Below are positions 30,315-38,453 of a DNA stretch of 64,000 nucleotides, piece after piece. The stretch is taken from assembly GCA_015068765.1 (NCBI GenBank), contig SVJY01000004.1, positions 8,888 through 72,887 on the forward strand, in the 5' to 3' direction. Position numbers and translations under genes: made by a program. Below the pieces are notes generated by a model, which saw nothing but the letters and a program-made list of their open reading frames with translations, did not search any database and was not told the origin of the DNA. Within the stretch, counting starts at the first letter, position 1. Every line of letters begins with the position of its first letter. The DNA is from Oscillospiraceae bacterium. GTDB lineage: Bacteria > Bacillota > Clostridia > UMGS1883 > UMGS1540.

Positions 30315-31141
30315 CCGTCAATCTCTCCTTTGATCCGCCGCCCTTCCTCTAAAAGCCGGCGAAGCGTTTCTTCATCCTCCGCCTGCAGTGCGTCACGGTA
30401 TGCGGTAAGATTTTCCAAAAGACCGTCCAGCTCTTCCAAAAGGTAGGTACGGTTTTCCATAAACAGTTCCGTCCACATAACGGGGTTGAGCCATGCCACC
30501 CGGGTCAAATCCTTATAACTGCCGGCAGAAAGGCCCTTATGTGCCTTTGCCGCCGGAGATTTCACATAGGCATTGGAGACGATATGTGCAAGCTGAGAGG
30601 TAAATGCAATCTGTCTGTCGTGGCTGTCTGCATCCGTCACAGAAAACGAACCGAAGCCCAGCGGCGAAAGCACCTTTTTGATCCGATCCAAAAGTGCCGC
30701 ATCATCATATACCGGCGGTACAATAACCATAGGTGCACCCCGGAACATATCGCTCCGGCTGTACTTGAAGCCGGCGTTATGCGTGCCGGCCATGGGATGA
30801 CCGCCCACATACAGAAAGCCATGGGTCTCGGCAAGGGCAAAGCCCGTGTCGCATACACCCTTTTTTGTACCGCAGAAATCAATGACAAATTTATCCTTCG
30901 GAAACCGTGCGGCGTTTTCCTGCATATAGTCGATGACAGCGCCGGGGTAGAGACAAAGGAGAATTAAATCGCACGTCGCCAGTCCCTCCGGCGTCAAAGA
31001 CCCGTCCGCCGCGCCGCACAAGATAGCATACTCCAGCATCACCCTGTCCCGATCAAAGGCGAGGACGGTGTTCCCCGCCTCCTTGTATGCCCGTGCCGCA
31101 CTGCCGCCGATCAAACCGAGCCCAACAATTCCTACCTGCAT
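30311..31141 (-). CDS. tyrA: Prephenate dehydrogenase
   Basis: Rossmann N-terminus VGIVGLGLIGGS plus TyrA C-terminal domain. Confidence 0.88.
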   Translation of the reverse strand: MQVGIVGLGLIGGSAARAYKEAGNTVLAFDRDRVMLEYAILCGAADGSLTPEGLATCDLILLCLYPGAVIDYMQENAARFPKDKFVIDFCGTKKGVCDTGFALAETHGFLYVGGHPMAGTHNAGFKYSRSDMFRGAPMVIVPPVYDDAALLDRIKKVLSPLGFGSFSVTDADSHDRQIAFTSQLAHIVSNAYVKSPAAKAHKGLSAGSYKDLTRVAWLNPVMWTELFMENRTYLLEELDGLLENLTAYRDALQAEDEETLRRLLEEGRRIKGEIDG

Positions 31142-31156
31142 TTTCCTTCACTTCCC

Positions 31157-32155
31157 TTACAGAATTTCACGTACTTTCCTGATTTTTTCTGCCAGATGGG
31201 CAAATTCTTCCGGTGTTAGCGACTGGGCACCGTCGCAAAGGGCGTTTGCCGGGTCATTGTGTACCTCGATCATCAGCCCGTCCGTACCTGCGGCGGTAGC
31301 CGCCATCGCCATAGGCTCTACCAGCCGGGCTTTGCCCGTCGCATGGCTGGGATCGGCAATCACCGGAAGGTGGGAAAGCTCGTGTAGTAGCGGAATACAG
31401 GAAATATCCATGGTATTTCTGGTGTAGGTTTCATAGGTGCGGATGCCCCGTTCGCAAAGAATAACATTGCCGTTGCCCTCGCTCATAATATATTCCGCAC
31501 TCATTAAAAATTCCTTTAACGTGTTGGCAAGTCCCCGTTTTAGGAGAATCGGCTTTTGGGTCTTACCCAGTTCCTTTAAAAGCTCAAAGTTCTGCATATT
31601 CCGTGCCCCCACCTGAATCACGTCCACGTCCTCAAACATGGAAAGATGGTTTGCATTCATGATTTCCGTTACAATGGGCATACCGGTTTCCTTTTTTGCC
31701 TCCAGAAGGTACTCGATGCCGTCCGCTTTCAGTCCCTGAAAATCATAGGGAGAGGTACGGGGCTTGAAGGCACCGCCACGGAGGAGCGTTGCCCCTGCCG
31801 CCTTTACACTCTGTGCCACCGCAATCATCTGCTCCCGGGACTCCACTGAGCAGGGACCGGCGATAATGGCGAAGTGTCCGCCGCCGATTTTCACGCCGTC
31901 CACGTCTACCACCGTATCCTCGGGGTGGAATTTGCGGTTACACTGTTTAAAGGGGTCGGACACCCGTTTCACGCTGTCCACAATGGCAAGGCTGTCCAGA
32001 AGCTCCATGTCAATTCTGGATGTATCCCCCACAAGACCCAGCACCGTATAATCCACACCGTAGGACGGGTGTACCTCTACGCCTTGGGTCTCCAGCCAAG
32101 CTGTCAGGTGGTCAATCTGTTCTTTTGTGGTGTTCTTTTTCAGAACGGCTATCAT
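31157..32155 (-). CDS. aroF: 3-deoxy-7-phosphoheptulonate (DAHP) synthase, type I-beta, with N-terminal ferredoxin-like regulatory domain
   Basis: KDO8P/DAHPS barrel (IIAGPCSVES, KPRTSPY) preceded by a ~70-aa ACT/FL-like domain. Start at MIAVLKK (32155) with GGAGGGA RBS. Confidence 0.9.
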   Translation of the reverse strand: MIAVLKKNTTKEQIDHLTAWLETQGVEVHPSYGVDYTVLGLVGDTSRIDMELLDSLAIVDSVKRVSDPFKQCNRKFHPEDTVVDVDGVKIGGGHFAIIAGPCSVESREQMIAVAQSVKAAGATLLRGGAFKPRTSPYDFQGLKADGIEYLLEAKKETGMPIVTEIMNANHLSMFEDVDVIQVGARNMQNFELLKELGKTQKPILLKRGLANTLKEFLMSAEYIMSEGNGNVILCERGIRTYETYTRNTMDISCIPLLHELSHLPVIADPSHATGKARLVEPMAMAATAAGTDGLMIEVHNDPANALCDGAQSLTPEEFAHLAEKIRKVREIL

Positions 32156-32186
32156 ATGAATCCCTCCATGAAAATTTGTAAAATAA

Positions 32187-32215
32187 AAGGCTACACAGCG
32201 GATTTCTGTGTAGCC
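32187..32215 (-). terminator. Leader intrinsic terminator (attenuator) immediately upstream of the DAHP synthase RBS
   Basis: Minus strand reads GGCTACACAG-aaatccg-CTGTGTAGCC followed by TTTTATTTT, then the RBS and ATG of the first aro gene. Confidence 0.7.
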
Positions 32216-32243
32216 GGATATACAACACTGCAGGGTGAAGAAC

Positions 32244-32339
32244 TCACGCCATACTGTCTGCAACACAAAAATCCTTTACTTCGCGGTTTCTAAAGTAAAA
32301 GTAAAAGAAATATTCGTATGCAAAAGTATTTTTATGCAT
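32244..32339 (-). CDS. Putative Phe/Tyr-rich leader peptide, 31 aa (MHKNTFAYEYFFYFYFRNREVKDFCVADSMA)
   Basis: Starts ~27 nt downstream of a predicted sigma-70 promoter. RBS GGAAAGGG. Nine of 11 consecutive codons are Phe/Tyr. Stop lies ~30 nt before the terminator hairpin. Confidence 0.55.
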   Translation of the reverse strand: MHKNTFAYEYFFYFYFRNREVKDFCVADSMA

Positions 32340-32372
32340 GAATTTTTGCCCTTTCCTATAAAGATTATACTT

Positions 32373-32400
32373 AGTATACTCCGAAAAAATACATTTGTCA
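32373..32400 (-). promoter_or_regulatory. Sigma-70 promoter of the aro operon leader
   Basis: Minus strand TTGACA, 17 nt spacer, TATACT. Confidence 0.6.
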
Positions 32401-32423
32401 AGGAATTTTTGTATTTTTTTCCG

Positions 32424-32452
32424 TTGACAATGTCGGATAACCATAGTATAAT
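32424..32452 (+). promoter_or_regulatory. Sigma-70 promoter for the PpiC-domain gene
   Basis: TTGACA, 17 nt spacer, TATAAT, then AAGGAG RBS. Confidence 0.65.
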
Positions 32453-32485
32453 AAGACGAACATATTTCTTAAAGGAGAATACAAT

Positions 32486-33709
32486 ATGAAAAAACTGCTT
32501 TGCGGACTTCTTTGCACCACGCTCATCGGAATGACGGCTTCCGCTGCCGTCGTTGATTTTCAAATTGACCGGGCCGCTTATCAGCTTCTGGATGGTGAAA
32601 CAGTAACGGACAAAACACTGGAGGCCGCCCCCTTCGTCAACGACCAGTGGCGGACAATGGTCCCTGTACGTGCCATTTCGGAAGCCCTTGGTGCGGATGT
32701 TGACTGGGACGGCATACGCCGAGAGGTTTCTGTCCGGCAAAATGAGACGGAAATCCTTCTCTATATTGATAGCACAACCGCACTGGTAAACGGTGCTGAA
32801 ACGGCCCTAGACTGTGCCCCTGTTATCATAGAGGGCAGAACGTTTGTCCCGCTCCGGTTTGTGGGAGAGGTTCTCGCCTATAACGTAAACTATACCCCTG
32901 TTTCCAGGCACGTTGTGATTGACAACACGAAGCCCGTTCTCGTTTGCCCGAATGCCTCCTTCTCCTTTGCCGAGCTGGAGACGCTCTACCGTATGTTCCT
33001 GGAAGCGAATCAGGCACTTGCCACCCAACTGGGTATGCAGGAGGCAGAGCTTTCCAAAGCCTGTATGGACCTTGCCATCGATACGGCGACAGATGCCGTT
33101 TTGCTGAAAAATGCCTATGCTGATGTCTCCCTCTCTCCGGAGGTGTTAGGACAAATTCTGTATTCTGCTGAGACGGAAAATCTGTCTGTGCCGCTGACCG
33201 GTCTTCGGGATGTTCTGTATGAAAAGCTGTACCACGCTTCCGGCTATGCGGCGTTTGCCCATCTCGAACAGACGGTCAATCCGGAAAGCACCTATACCGA
33301 AAATTACGTCTGTGCAAAGCACATTTTAGTGGAAGACGAGGAGACGGCAAAAGCCGTATACGCCCGTGCCGTGGCCGGAGAGGACTTTGATGCCCTCATT
33401 GCCGAATACAACACCGATCCCGGTATGGAAGCGAATCCGAACGGGTATGTGTTTACAAAGGGAGAAATGGTCCCGTCCTTTGAAGAAGCAGCCTTTGCGG
33501 CGGCAGTCGACAGCATCACCGAGCCGGTACAGTCCGTATACGGCTACCACATTATCCGCCGGCTGGCTTTACCGCCGCTGACAGAAGAGCAAAGTGCCAC
33601 TGTCCTCAGCAAAATCCTAAACCAGGAGCTGGCGGCGAAGGATTATCCGCAACAGCTTATCGATACTGCCACACTGTACGCCATGGTGGGGATTGCAGGC
33701 GAAGAATAG
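32486..33709 (+). CDS. Secreted peptidyl-prolyl isomerase (PpiC/parvulin domain) with N-terminal copper-amine-oxidase-like domain
   Basis: Signal peptide, CuAO-N-like beta domain, C-terminal parvulin motif (YVCAKHILVEDEETAKAV ... GYHIIRR). Confidence 0.75.
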   Translation: MKKLLCGLLCTTLIGMTASAAVVDFQIDRAAYQLLDGETVTDKTLEAAPFVNDQWRTMVPVRAISEALGADVDWDGIRREVSVRQNETEILLYIDSTTALVNGAETALDCAPVIIEGRTFVPLRFVGEVLAYNVNYTPVSRHVVIDNTKPVLVCPNASFSFAELETLYRMFLEANQALATQLGMQEAELSKACMDLAIDTATDAVLLKNAYADVSLSPEVLGQILYSAETENLSVPLTGLRDVLYEKLYHASGYAAFAHLEQTVNPESTYTENYVCAKHILVEDEETAKAVYARAVAGEDFDALIAEYNTDPGMEANPNGYVFTKGEMVPSFEEAAFAAAVDSITEPVQSVYGYHIIRRLALPPLTEEQSATVLSKILNQELAAKDYPQQLIDTATLYAMVGIAGEE

Positions 33710-33711
33710 AC

Positions 33712-34254
33712 TTACGCCCTTTCCCGCAAGAGCCATCCGCCAATACAGGCGGAGAGGGTGACGGTAATGAAAAACTCAAATAACATATAGCTTCCGTTAT
33801 AAAGAAAGGAATAGAGTACGGCACTGTATCCGTCTCCGGCATTGGTCCGCCAGATGAGAATGCCGGAGAGGAAGTGGCATACAAAGCGAAACAGCACGGC
33901 TACCCCGGTGGCAACCGGCACGGAAAAAGACTTCTTCGGCAGAAGGCGGAATATGCCGCCGGCAAGCCCCAGACCGCCGAACGCCAGTATGTAGTCGAGG
34001 CAGACTACGAGAAGATACGATATTGCGTTTGCTACGGGCGGTGACGGAATACCCGTGAGAAGCATATTCAAAATAGCATACACCACGCCGGACAAAATGC
34101 CCCAACGCATACCGTACAGAAGGCCGGGTACGATAACCGGCAGCATGGAGCAAAGCGTCACACTGCCGCCATACGGTGCATCAAAAAGGCGGATCATCGA
34201 TAAAATGGTAGCGAGGGCAAGCATTACCCCGGTAACGGTCAGTTTCTTTGTCAT
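33712..34254 (-). CDS. thiT: ECF transporter S-component, thiamine-type (ThiT-like)
   Basis: ~180-aa 6-TM S-component directly downstream of a TPP riboswitch. Start at MTKKLTV with AAGGAGGAA RBS. Confidence 0.75.
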   Translation of the reverse strand: MTKKLTVTGVMLALATILSMIRLFDAPYGGSVTLCSMLPVIVPGLLYGMRWGILSGVVYAILNMLLTGIPSPPVANAISYLLVVCLDYILAFGGLGLAGGIFRLLPKKSFSVPVATGVAVLFRFVCHFLSGILIWRTNAGDGYSAVLYSFLYNGSYMLFEFFITVTLSACIGGWLLRERA

Positions 34255-34267
34255 ATGCATTCCTCCT

Positions 34268-34397
34268 TGCATAAAAAAGCTTCCCCGAAGGGAAGCTCGC
34301 AAAACAAATCTTCTCCCTACGTTGGCATTACCCAAATCAGGTTTACGGGTCGGAACCCACTCGTTCCCTCTCAGCCGTTACGGCTCCCCGGATTTAT
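34268..34397 (-). promoter_or_regulatory. TPP (THI-box) riboswitch with terminator expression platform
   Basis: Minus strand CTGAGAGGGAACGAGTGGGTTCCGACCCGTAAACCTGATTTGGGTAATGCCAACGTAGGGAGA matches the TPP aptamer consensus. Followed by hairpin GCTTCCC-TTCG-GGGAAGC plus TTTTTTAT. Confidence 0.88.
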
Positions 34398-34403
34398 AGG
34401 TAT

Positions 34404-34432
34404 ATAGTAACATAGCCGCATAATTTTGTCAA
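34404..34432 (-). promoter_or_regulatory. Sigma-70 promoter driving the TPP riboswitch and thiT
   Basis: Minus strand TTGACA, 17 nt spacer, TACTAT, directly 5' of the aptamer. Confidence 0.6.
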
Positions 34433-34524
34433 GACTTTTTTGCCCAATACATAAAAAGCTTGCAAAAATGCGAGGGGTTTGATATAATATTAACATAGTA
34501 ATTTTTGGAAAGGAAGAAAACGCT

Positions 34525-34911
34525 ATGGATGAAAATAAAAATGTAAAAATTTCCGATGATGTCGTACAGATTATTGCCGGTATTGCCGCAGGCGAAGTGG
34601 ACGGCGTGCAGGCAATGGGTAATTCTATCGCCGGCGGTATCGCCGAGCTCCTGGGCGGCAAAAAACCGGTTTCAAGGGGCGTTAAGGTAGACGTGCAGGA
34701 AGATACCGTTACCATTGATGTTCATGTCATCGTCCGTTACGGCGTCCGGATTCCGGATGTGGCTTGGAAGATTCAGGAGAAGGTAAAAGATGCTGTGGAA
34801 ACCATGACGGGGCTTGAGGTGCTGAAGGTCAATATTCATATTGACGGGATCAATATTGAAAAGGAATCCCCCGCCATAGAAGAGACGGATACGACAGAAG
34901 AAACAGAATAA
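34525..34911 (+). CDS. Asp23/Gls24 family envelope stress protein
   Basis: [18 protein letters not shown] and downstream Asp23 family motifs. 128 aa. Confidence 0.85.
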   Translation: MDENKNVKISDDVVQIIAGIAAGEVDGVQAMGNSIAGGIAELLGGKKPVSRGVKVDVQEDTVTIDVHVIVRYGVRIPDVAWKIQEKVKDAVETMTGLEVLKVNIHIDGINIEKESPAIEETDTTEETE

Positions 34912-34924
34912 AGGAGATATACAA

Positions 34925-35338
34925 ATGAAGAAGTTTATGAAGGAATTTAAAGAATTTGCCATGCGTGGCAACGTGATTGATCTTGCTGTTGGTGTTATTA
35001 TCGGTGCCGCTTTCAAGGCGATTGTAGATTCTCTGGTCAATGATATGATTTCCCCCGTGTTGGGACTGTTTCTGAATAAGAATTTTGCGTCCCTGTCCTT
35101 TACTGTCAACGGTGCAGAAATTAAGTATGGTGCCTTCATCACGGCTATTATTAACTTTATCATTATGGCATTCGTGATTTTCCTCCTGGTAAAGGTCCTC
35201 AATGTACTGTCCCGAAAGGGTAAAAAGCAGGAGGAAGCGGTGGAAGCGGTTACTACAAAGAAATGTGCGTACTGTATGAGCGAGATTGCCATCGAAGCCA
35301 CCCGTTGCCCGCACTGTACTTCTAAGCTGAACGAATAA
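34925..35338 (+). CDS. mscL: Large-conductance mechanosensitive channel MscL with C-terminal Cys4 zinc-ribbon-like tail
   Basis: [20 protein letters not shown] MscL TM1 signature. C-terminus CAYC...CPHC. Confidence 0.88.
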   Translation: MKKFMKEFKEFAMRGNVIDLAVGVIIGAAFKAIVDSLVNDMISPVLGLFLNKNFASLSFTVNGAEIKYGAFITAIINFIIMAFVIFLLVKVLNVLSRKGKKQEEAVEAVTTKKCAYCMSEIAIEATRCPHCTSKLNE

Positions 35339-35355
35339 GAAAGGAAGATGCAATT

Positions 35356-36807
35356 TTGCTTCCTCTTTTGACCTGTGAACAAATGCGTGCACTCGACCGT
35401 GCAGCAATCGCGGCCGGTATCCCCGGCCGCGTTCTTATGGAAAATGCCGCTACCGCCGCCCTGTCTGTCATACAGGCAGAGCACCCGGCGTATGCGGCCA
35501 TTTTTTGCGGAAAGGGAAATAACGCCGGGGACGGCTTTGCACTAGGCCGACGTCTTTTTGTTTCCGGAATACCGACGGAAATCGTGCTTTGTGCCGATCC
35601 GTCTTCTCTCTCCGATGACGCGGAGGCGAATTATAAAGCCGCCTGCCGGATAGGCGTTCCCACCACATCCTTTGCGGACTTCCAAAGCCGGGCTTCCCTG
35701 CCGGACAGAGGGGTGCTCGTCGATGCCCTTTTAGGCACGGGGATTCGCGGCCCGGTGCAGGGAACGATAGAAGCGGCGATTACCTATATGAACGAAAGCG
35801 GATGCCGAGTGGTTTCGCTGGATATTCCCAGCGGCATCTGCGGTGATACGGGCAAGGTACACGGCACGGCTGTCCGGGCGGATAAAACGGTGACCTTCGG
35901 CTGTCGGAAGCCGGGGCTGTATTCGCCGCTTTCCATAGATTATGTGGGCGAAGTCCTGTGGGATGATATTTCCATTCCTGCCCCCAAGGAGGGCACCCGT
36001 TTTCTGATAGAAAAGCAGGATATAAAACTGCCTGTTCTCTCCCGGGCGGCACACAAGGGCACCCGGGGACACGCCGTGGTTTTAGGCGGCAGTGTGGGTA
36101 TGGCAGGTGCCGTCCGTATGGCAGCACAAAGTGCGGAATACGGCGGTGCAGGGCTGGTGACGGCCATGGTACCTGCTCCTCTTATGCCGGTAATGATGCG
36201 TAGCTTTTACGGCAGCATGTGTACCTCTATTGAAGATGAAATCCCCTCCAAGGCCAATGCAATTTTGGTAGGTCCCGGACTGGGACGGGAGAAGGCGGGT
36301 GAAGCTGCACTTTGCAAGGCAGTCAGCTTCCGTTGTGACACCCTGATTATTGATGCGGACGGTTTGTACCATCTTGCAGACAACAAGCACCTGCTACAAG
36401 CGGCGGCAAAAAAGATTATTCTTACACCGCATCTTGGTGAAATGTCCCGTCTTTGCGGTCTTTCCACAGAGGAAATTGCGGAAAATCGGGTGCAGATTGC
36501 CGAAGAATTTGCTTCCGCCTACGGCGTTACGCTGGTGCTGAAGGGTGCCCATACCGTAGTGGCAGACCCGGCAGGAATAACATATATTAATATGACAGGC
36601 AATGCAGGTATGGCAAAAGGAGGCAGTGGTGATATTCTTGCCGGTCTCCTGTGCGGTCTCGCCGCTTCCGGTGCGGAAAACCCGGCACTGGCAGGCGTGT
36701 ATCTGCACGGCCTTGCAGGCGATTATGCTGCCGAAGCATACACGCCCCGGGCACTCACCGCAGAAATCATAATGAATTTTCTCCCGAAAGCAATAAAATG
36801 TATGTAA
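35356..36807 (+). CDS. nnr: Bifunctional NAD(P)H-hydrate repair enzyme Nnr (epimerase + ADP-dependent dehydratase)
   Basis: YjeF-N domain (GKGNNAGDG) fused to a carbohydrate-kinase-like YjeF-C domain. Confidence 0.88.
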   Translation: MLPLLTCEQMRALDRAAIAAGIPGRVLMENAATAALSVIQAEHPAYAAIFCGKGNNAGDGFALGRRLFVSGIPTEIVLCADPSSLSDDAEANYKAACRIGVPTTSFADFQSRASLPDRGVLVDALLGTGIRGPVQGTIEAAITYMNESGCRVVSLDIPSGICGDTGKVHGTAVRADKTVTFGCRKPGLYSPLSIDYVGEVLWDDISIPAPKEGTRFLIEKQDIKLPVLSRAAHKGTRGHAVVLGGSVGMAGAVRMAAQSAEYGGAGLVTAMVPAPLMPVMMRSFYGSMCTSIEDEIPSKANAILVGPGLGREKAGEAALCKAVSFRCDTLIIDADGLYHLADNKHLLQAAAKKIILTPHLGEMSRLCGLSTEEIAENRVQIAEEFASAYGVTLVLKGAHTVVADPAGITYINMTGNAGMAKGGSGDILAGLLCGLAASGAENPALAGVYLHGLAGDYAAEAYTPRALTAEIIMNFLPKAIKCM

Positions 36808-36860
36808 ATCTCATTTTTTGTACAGAATAATACCGTAGCCGGAGTAACCAGAAATTACAT

Positions 36861-36889
36861 TTGACTTTGCCTGCGGTAAGCTTTATAAT
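36861..36889 (+). promoter_or_regulatory. Sigma-70 promoter of the mazE-mazF-XRE/S24 operon
   Basis: TTGACT, 17 nt spacer, TATAAT. Confidence 0.65.
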
Positions 36890-36919
36890 AAGTATAAAGG
36901 CTATTGTACGAATGGAGGC

Positions 36920-37195
36920 TTGGTTACGTTGGCAGAGCATAAAAAAATATTGGTCAGCCTGCCCAAAGCATTTCTGGCGGAGATTGACGCATGTTTACTT
37001 TCGGAGGAAGTCACCCGAAGCGAGTTTATCCGTCGGGCACTCAGTTTCTATCTGGAAGAAAAGCGGCGAGAGAAAATCCGTCTCCAAATGGAACAGGGCT
37101 ACCGTGAAATGGGCGAAATAAACCTGGAGATTGCCTGTGCCTGTTTCCACGCTGATACCGAAACTACGCTAAGGTATGAGGAGAATTTAGGGTGA
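36920..37195 (+). CDS. mazE: Ribbon-helix-helix antitoxin (MazE/EndoAI-like)
   Basis: Small RHH-type protein ([13 protein letters not shown]...SEFIRRAL) overlapping the toxin start by 4 nt (GTGA). Probable TTG start at 36929, 10 nt after GGAGG. Confidence 0.7.
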   Translation: MVTLAEHKKILVSLPKAFLAEIDACLLSEEVTRSEFIRRALSFYLEEKRREKIRLQMEQGYREMGEINLEIACACFHADTETTLRYEENLG

Positions 37196-37542
37196 TTGTA
37201 AAAAGAGGCGATATTTATTACGCGGATCTAAGTCCCGTAATCGGTTCGGAGCAAGGCGGTATCCGCCCCGTTTTGGTGATTCAGAACGATGTAGGAAACC
37301 GCTACAGCCCCACCGTGATAGCCGCGGCAATTACGAGTCAGATAAACAAGGCAAAAATGCCCACACACATTGAAATCGGTGCCGAGGATTGTGGTCTCGC
37401 CCGTGATTCCGTTGTGCTTTTAGAGCAGGTGCGGACGATTGACAAAAGAAGACTAAAGGAAAAAATCGGACATCTGGAAGGGGATATGATGCGGCGTGTT
37501 GATACCGCATTGGAAATCAGCTTCGGCTTGTCCGGAATTTAA
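37192..37542 (+). CDS. mazF: PemK/MazF-family endoribonuclease toxin (EndoA-like)
   Basis: [30 protein letters not shown] signature. GTG start overlapping the antitoxin stop. Confidence 0.9.
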   Translation: MIVKRGDIYYADLSPVIGSEQGGIRPVLVIQNDVGNRYSPTVIAAAITSQINKAKMPTHIEIGAEDCGLARDSVVLLEQVRTIDKRRLKEKIGHLEGDMMRRVDTALEISFGLSGI

Positions 37543-37553
37543 AGGAGCAACAA

Positions 37554-38336
37554 ATGACAGTGTTTGGCTATACGCTACGCTTCTTGCGGAAGAAAAATAA
37601 TCTGACGCTGGATGCACTTTCCGAAGCATTGGGCATCGGTGAAATGACGCTTGCGAACATAGAAAACGGTTACATACAGCCAGAGGAAGAGACAGCCGGG
37701 CGACTGGCTGACTTTTTTGGCGTAACCGTGCACTATATGAAAGGGTGCGTGGAGCTTACCGTAACCGATGCGGAAACGGATGCCGCTCACACGCCTCGAC
37801 GGTTTGTACGGCTTCGTCCGATCCCCATGTCTTTTTCCGAATCGGAAGCGGAGGCCCGGCAGGTATTGCCGGAGCAGGAAATTATCCTGCCCCTCCCCGC
37901 CGGTGACCGCAGTGAATATATCGCCGTGCAGGTAACAGACAATTCTATGCTTCGCTACCGTGTTATGGCAGGAGATACCCTGGTGGTACGCCAGGATCCG
38001 CTGAGAATCCGTAACGGCGATTTGGTTCTGCTCATTTCCGATGCAGGACATACGATTTTACGCCGTTATTTCCGAGAAGGCAGTACCGTGCTTTTACGTA
38101 GTGATGCAGAGGATTTACTGCCGCCTATCCGGCTGGCAGACTGTGATAAAACCTGTCGGCTTATCGGCACGGTGGTCCAGATTCGCATAGATGTTACCGG
38201 TGCCTTTGCACATCGGCGGGCACAGAATCCACCGGAGCTGCCGGAGGAAATTCTTCCGCCGCCGGATATGGAAAAGCAGGAGGGTAGCGGTAGTATGGCG
38301 GCATTTATGCACGACTATGGCTTCGGGGAAAATTAA
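37554..38336 (+). CDS. XRE-family HTH fused to S24 (LexA/CI-like) peptidase domain, apparently lacking the catalytic Lys
   Basis: N-terminal Cro/C1 HTH, C-terminal S24 fold with Ser motif TDNSM. At the position of the general-base Lys (HTILRRY) only Arg/Leu are present. Starts 12 nt after the mazF stop. Confidence 0.75.
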   Translation: MTVFGYTLRFLRKKNNLTLDALSEALGIGEMTLANIENGYIQPEEETAGRLADFFGVTVHYMKGCVELTVTDAETDAAHTPRRFVRLRPIPMSFSESEAEARQVLPEQEIILPLPAGDRSEYIAVQVTDNSMLRYRVMAGDTLVVRQDPLRIRNGDLVLLISDAGHTILRRYFREGSTVLLRSDAEDLLPPIRLADCDKTCRLIGTVVQIRIDVTGAFAHRRAQNPPELPEEILPPPDMEKQEGSGSMAAFMHDYGFGEN

Positions 38337-38358
38337 ATTGCCGTCCTGTAACGAAAAA

Positions 38359-38419
38359 GTAAAAACAAAAGGGGCTCTGTAGGCAACCCGATTTTCAAAA
38401 TCGTTTTGCCGCAGACCCC
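38359..38419 (-). terminator. Long imperfect hairpin plus T-run downstream of the SulP gene
   Basis: Minus strand GGGGTCTGCGGCAAAACGATTTT-gaaaa-TCGGGTTGCCTACAGAGCCCC then TTTTGTTTTTAC. The stem shares GCAGACCC with the 13.5-kb palindromes. Confidence 0.55.
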
Positions 38420-38453
38420 TTACTTGTTTATATCCCCATTTCGTATATCTGCC

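Noticed and set aside
32244-32444. Longer 66-aa version of the leader ORF (MVIRHCQRKK...)
   Set aside because: Its start lies upstream of the predicted -10/-35 of the operon promoter and lacks an RBS. Only the internal 31-codon ORF from ATG 32339 is within the transcript.
32156-32485. T-box riboswitch upstream of the aro operon
   Set aside because: Leader from the predicted TSS is only ~200 nt, has no specifier-loop/T-box core (AGGGUGGNACCGCG), and the single ACCGCG occurrence does not pair with the terminator 5' arm. A translated Phe/Tyr-rich leader ORF explains the region better.
37554-38336. Calling the XRE/S24 gene a bona fide LexA
   Set aside because: The DNA-binding domain is XRE/Cro-type rather than the LexA winged helix, and the Ser-Lys dyad appears incomplete. 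Described as a CI/LexA-like module instead.
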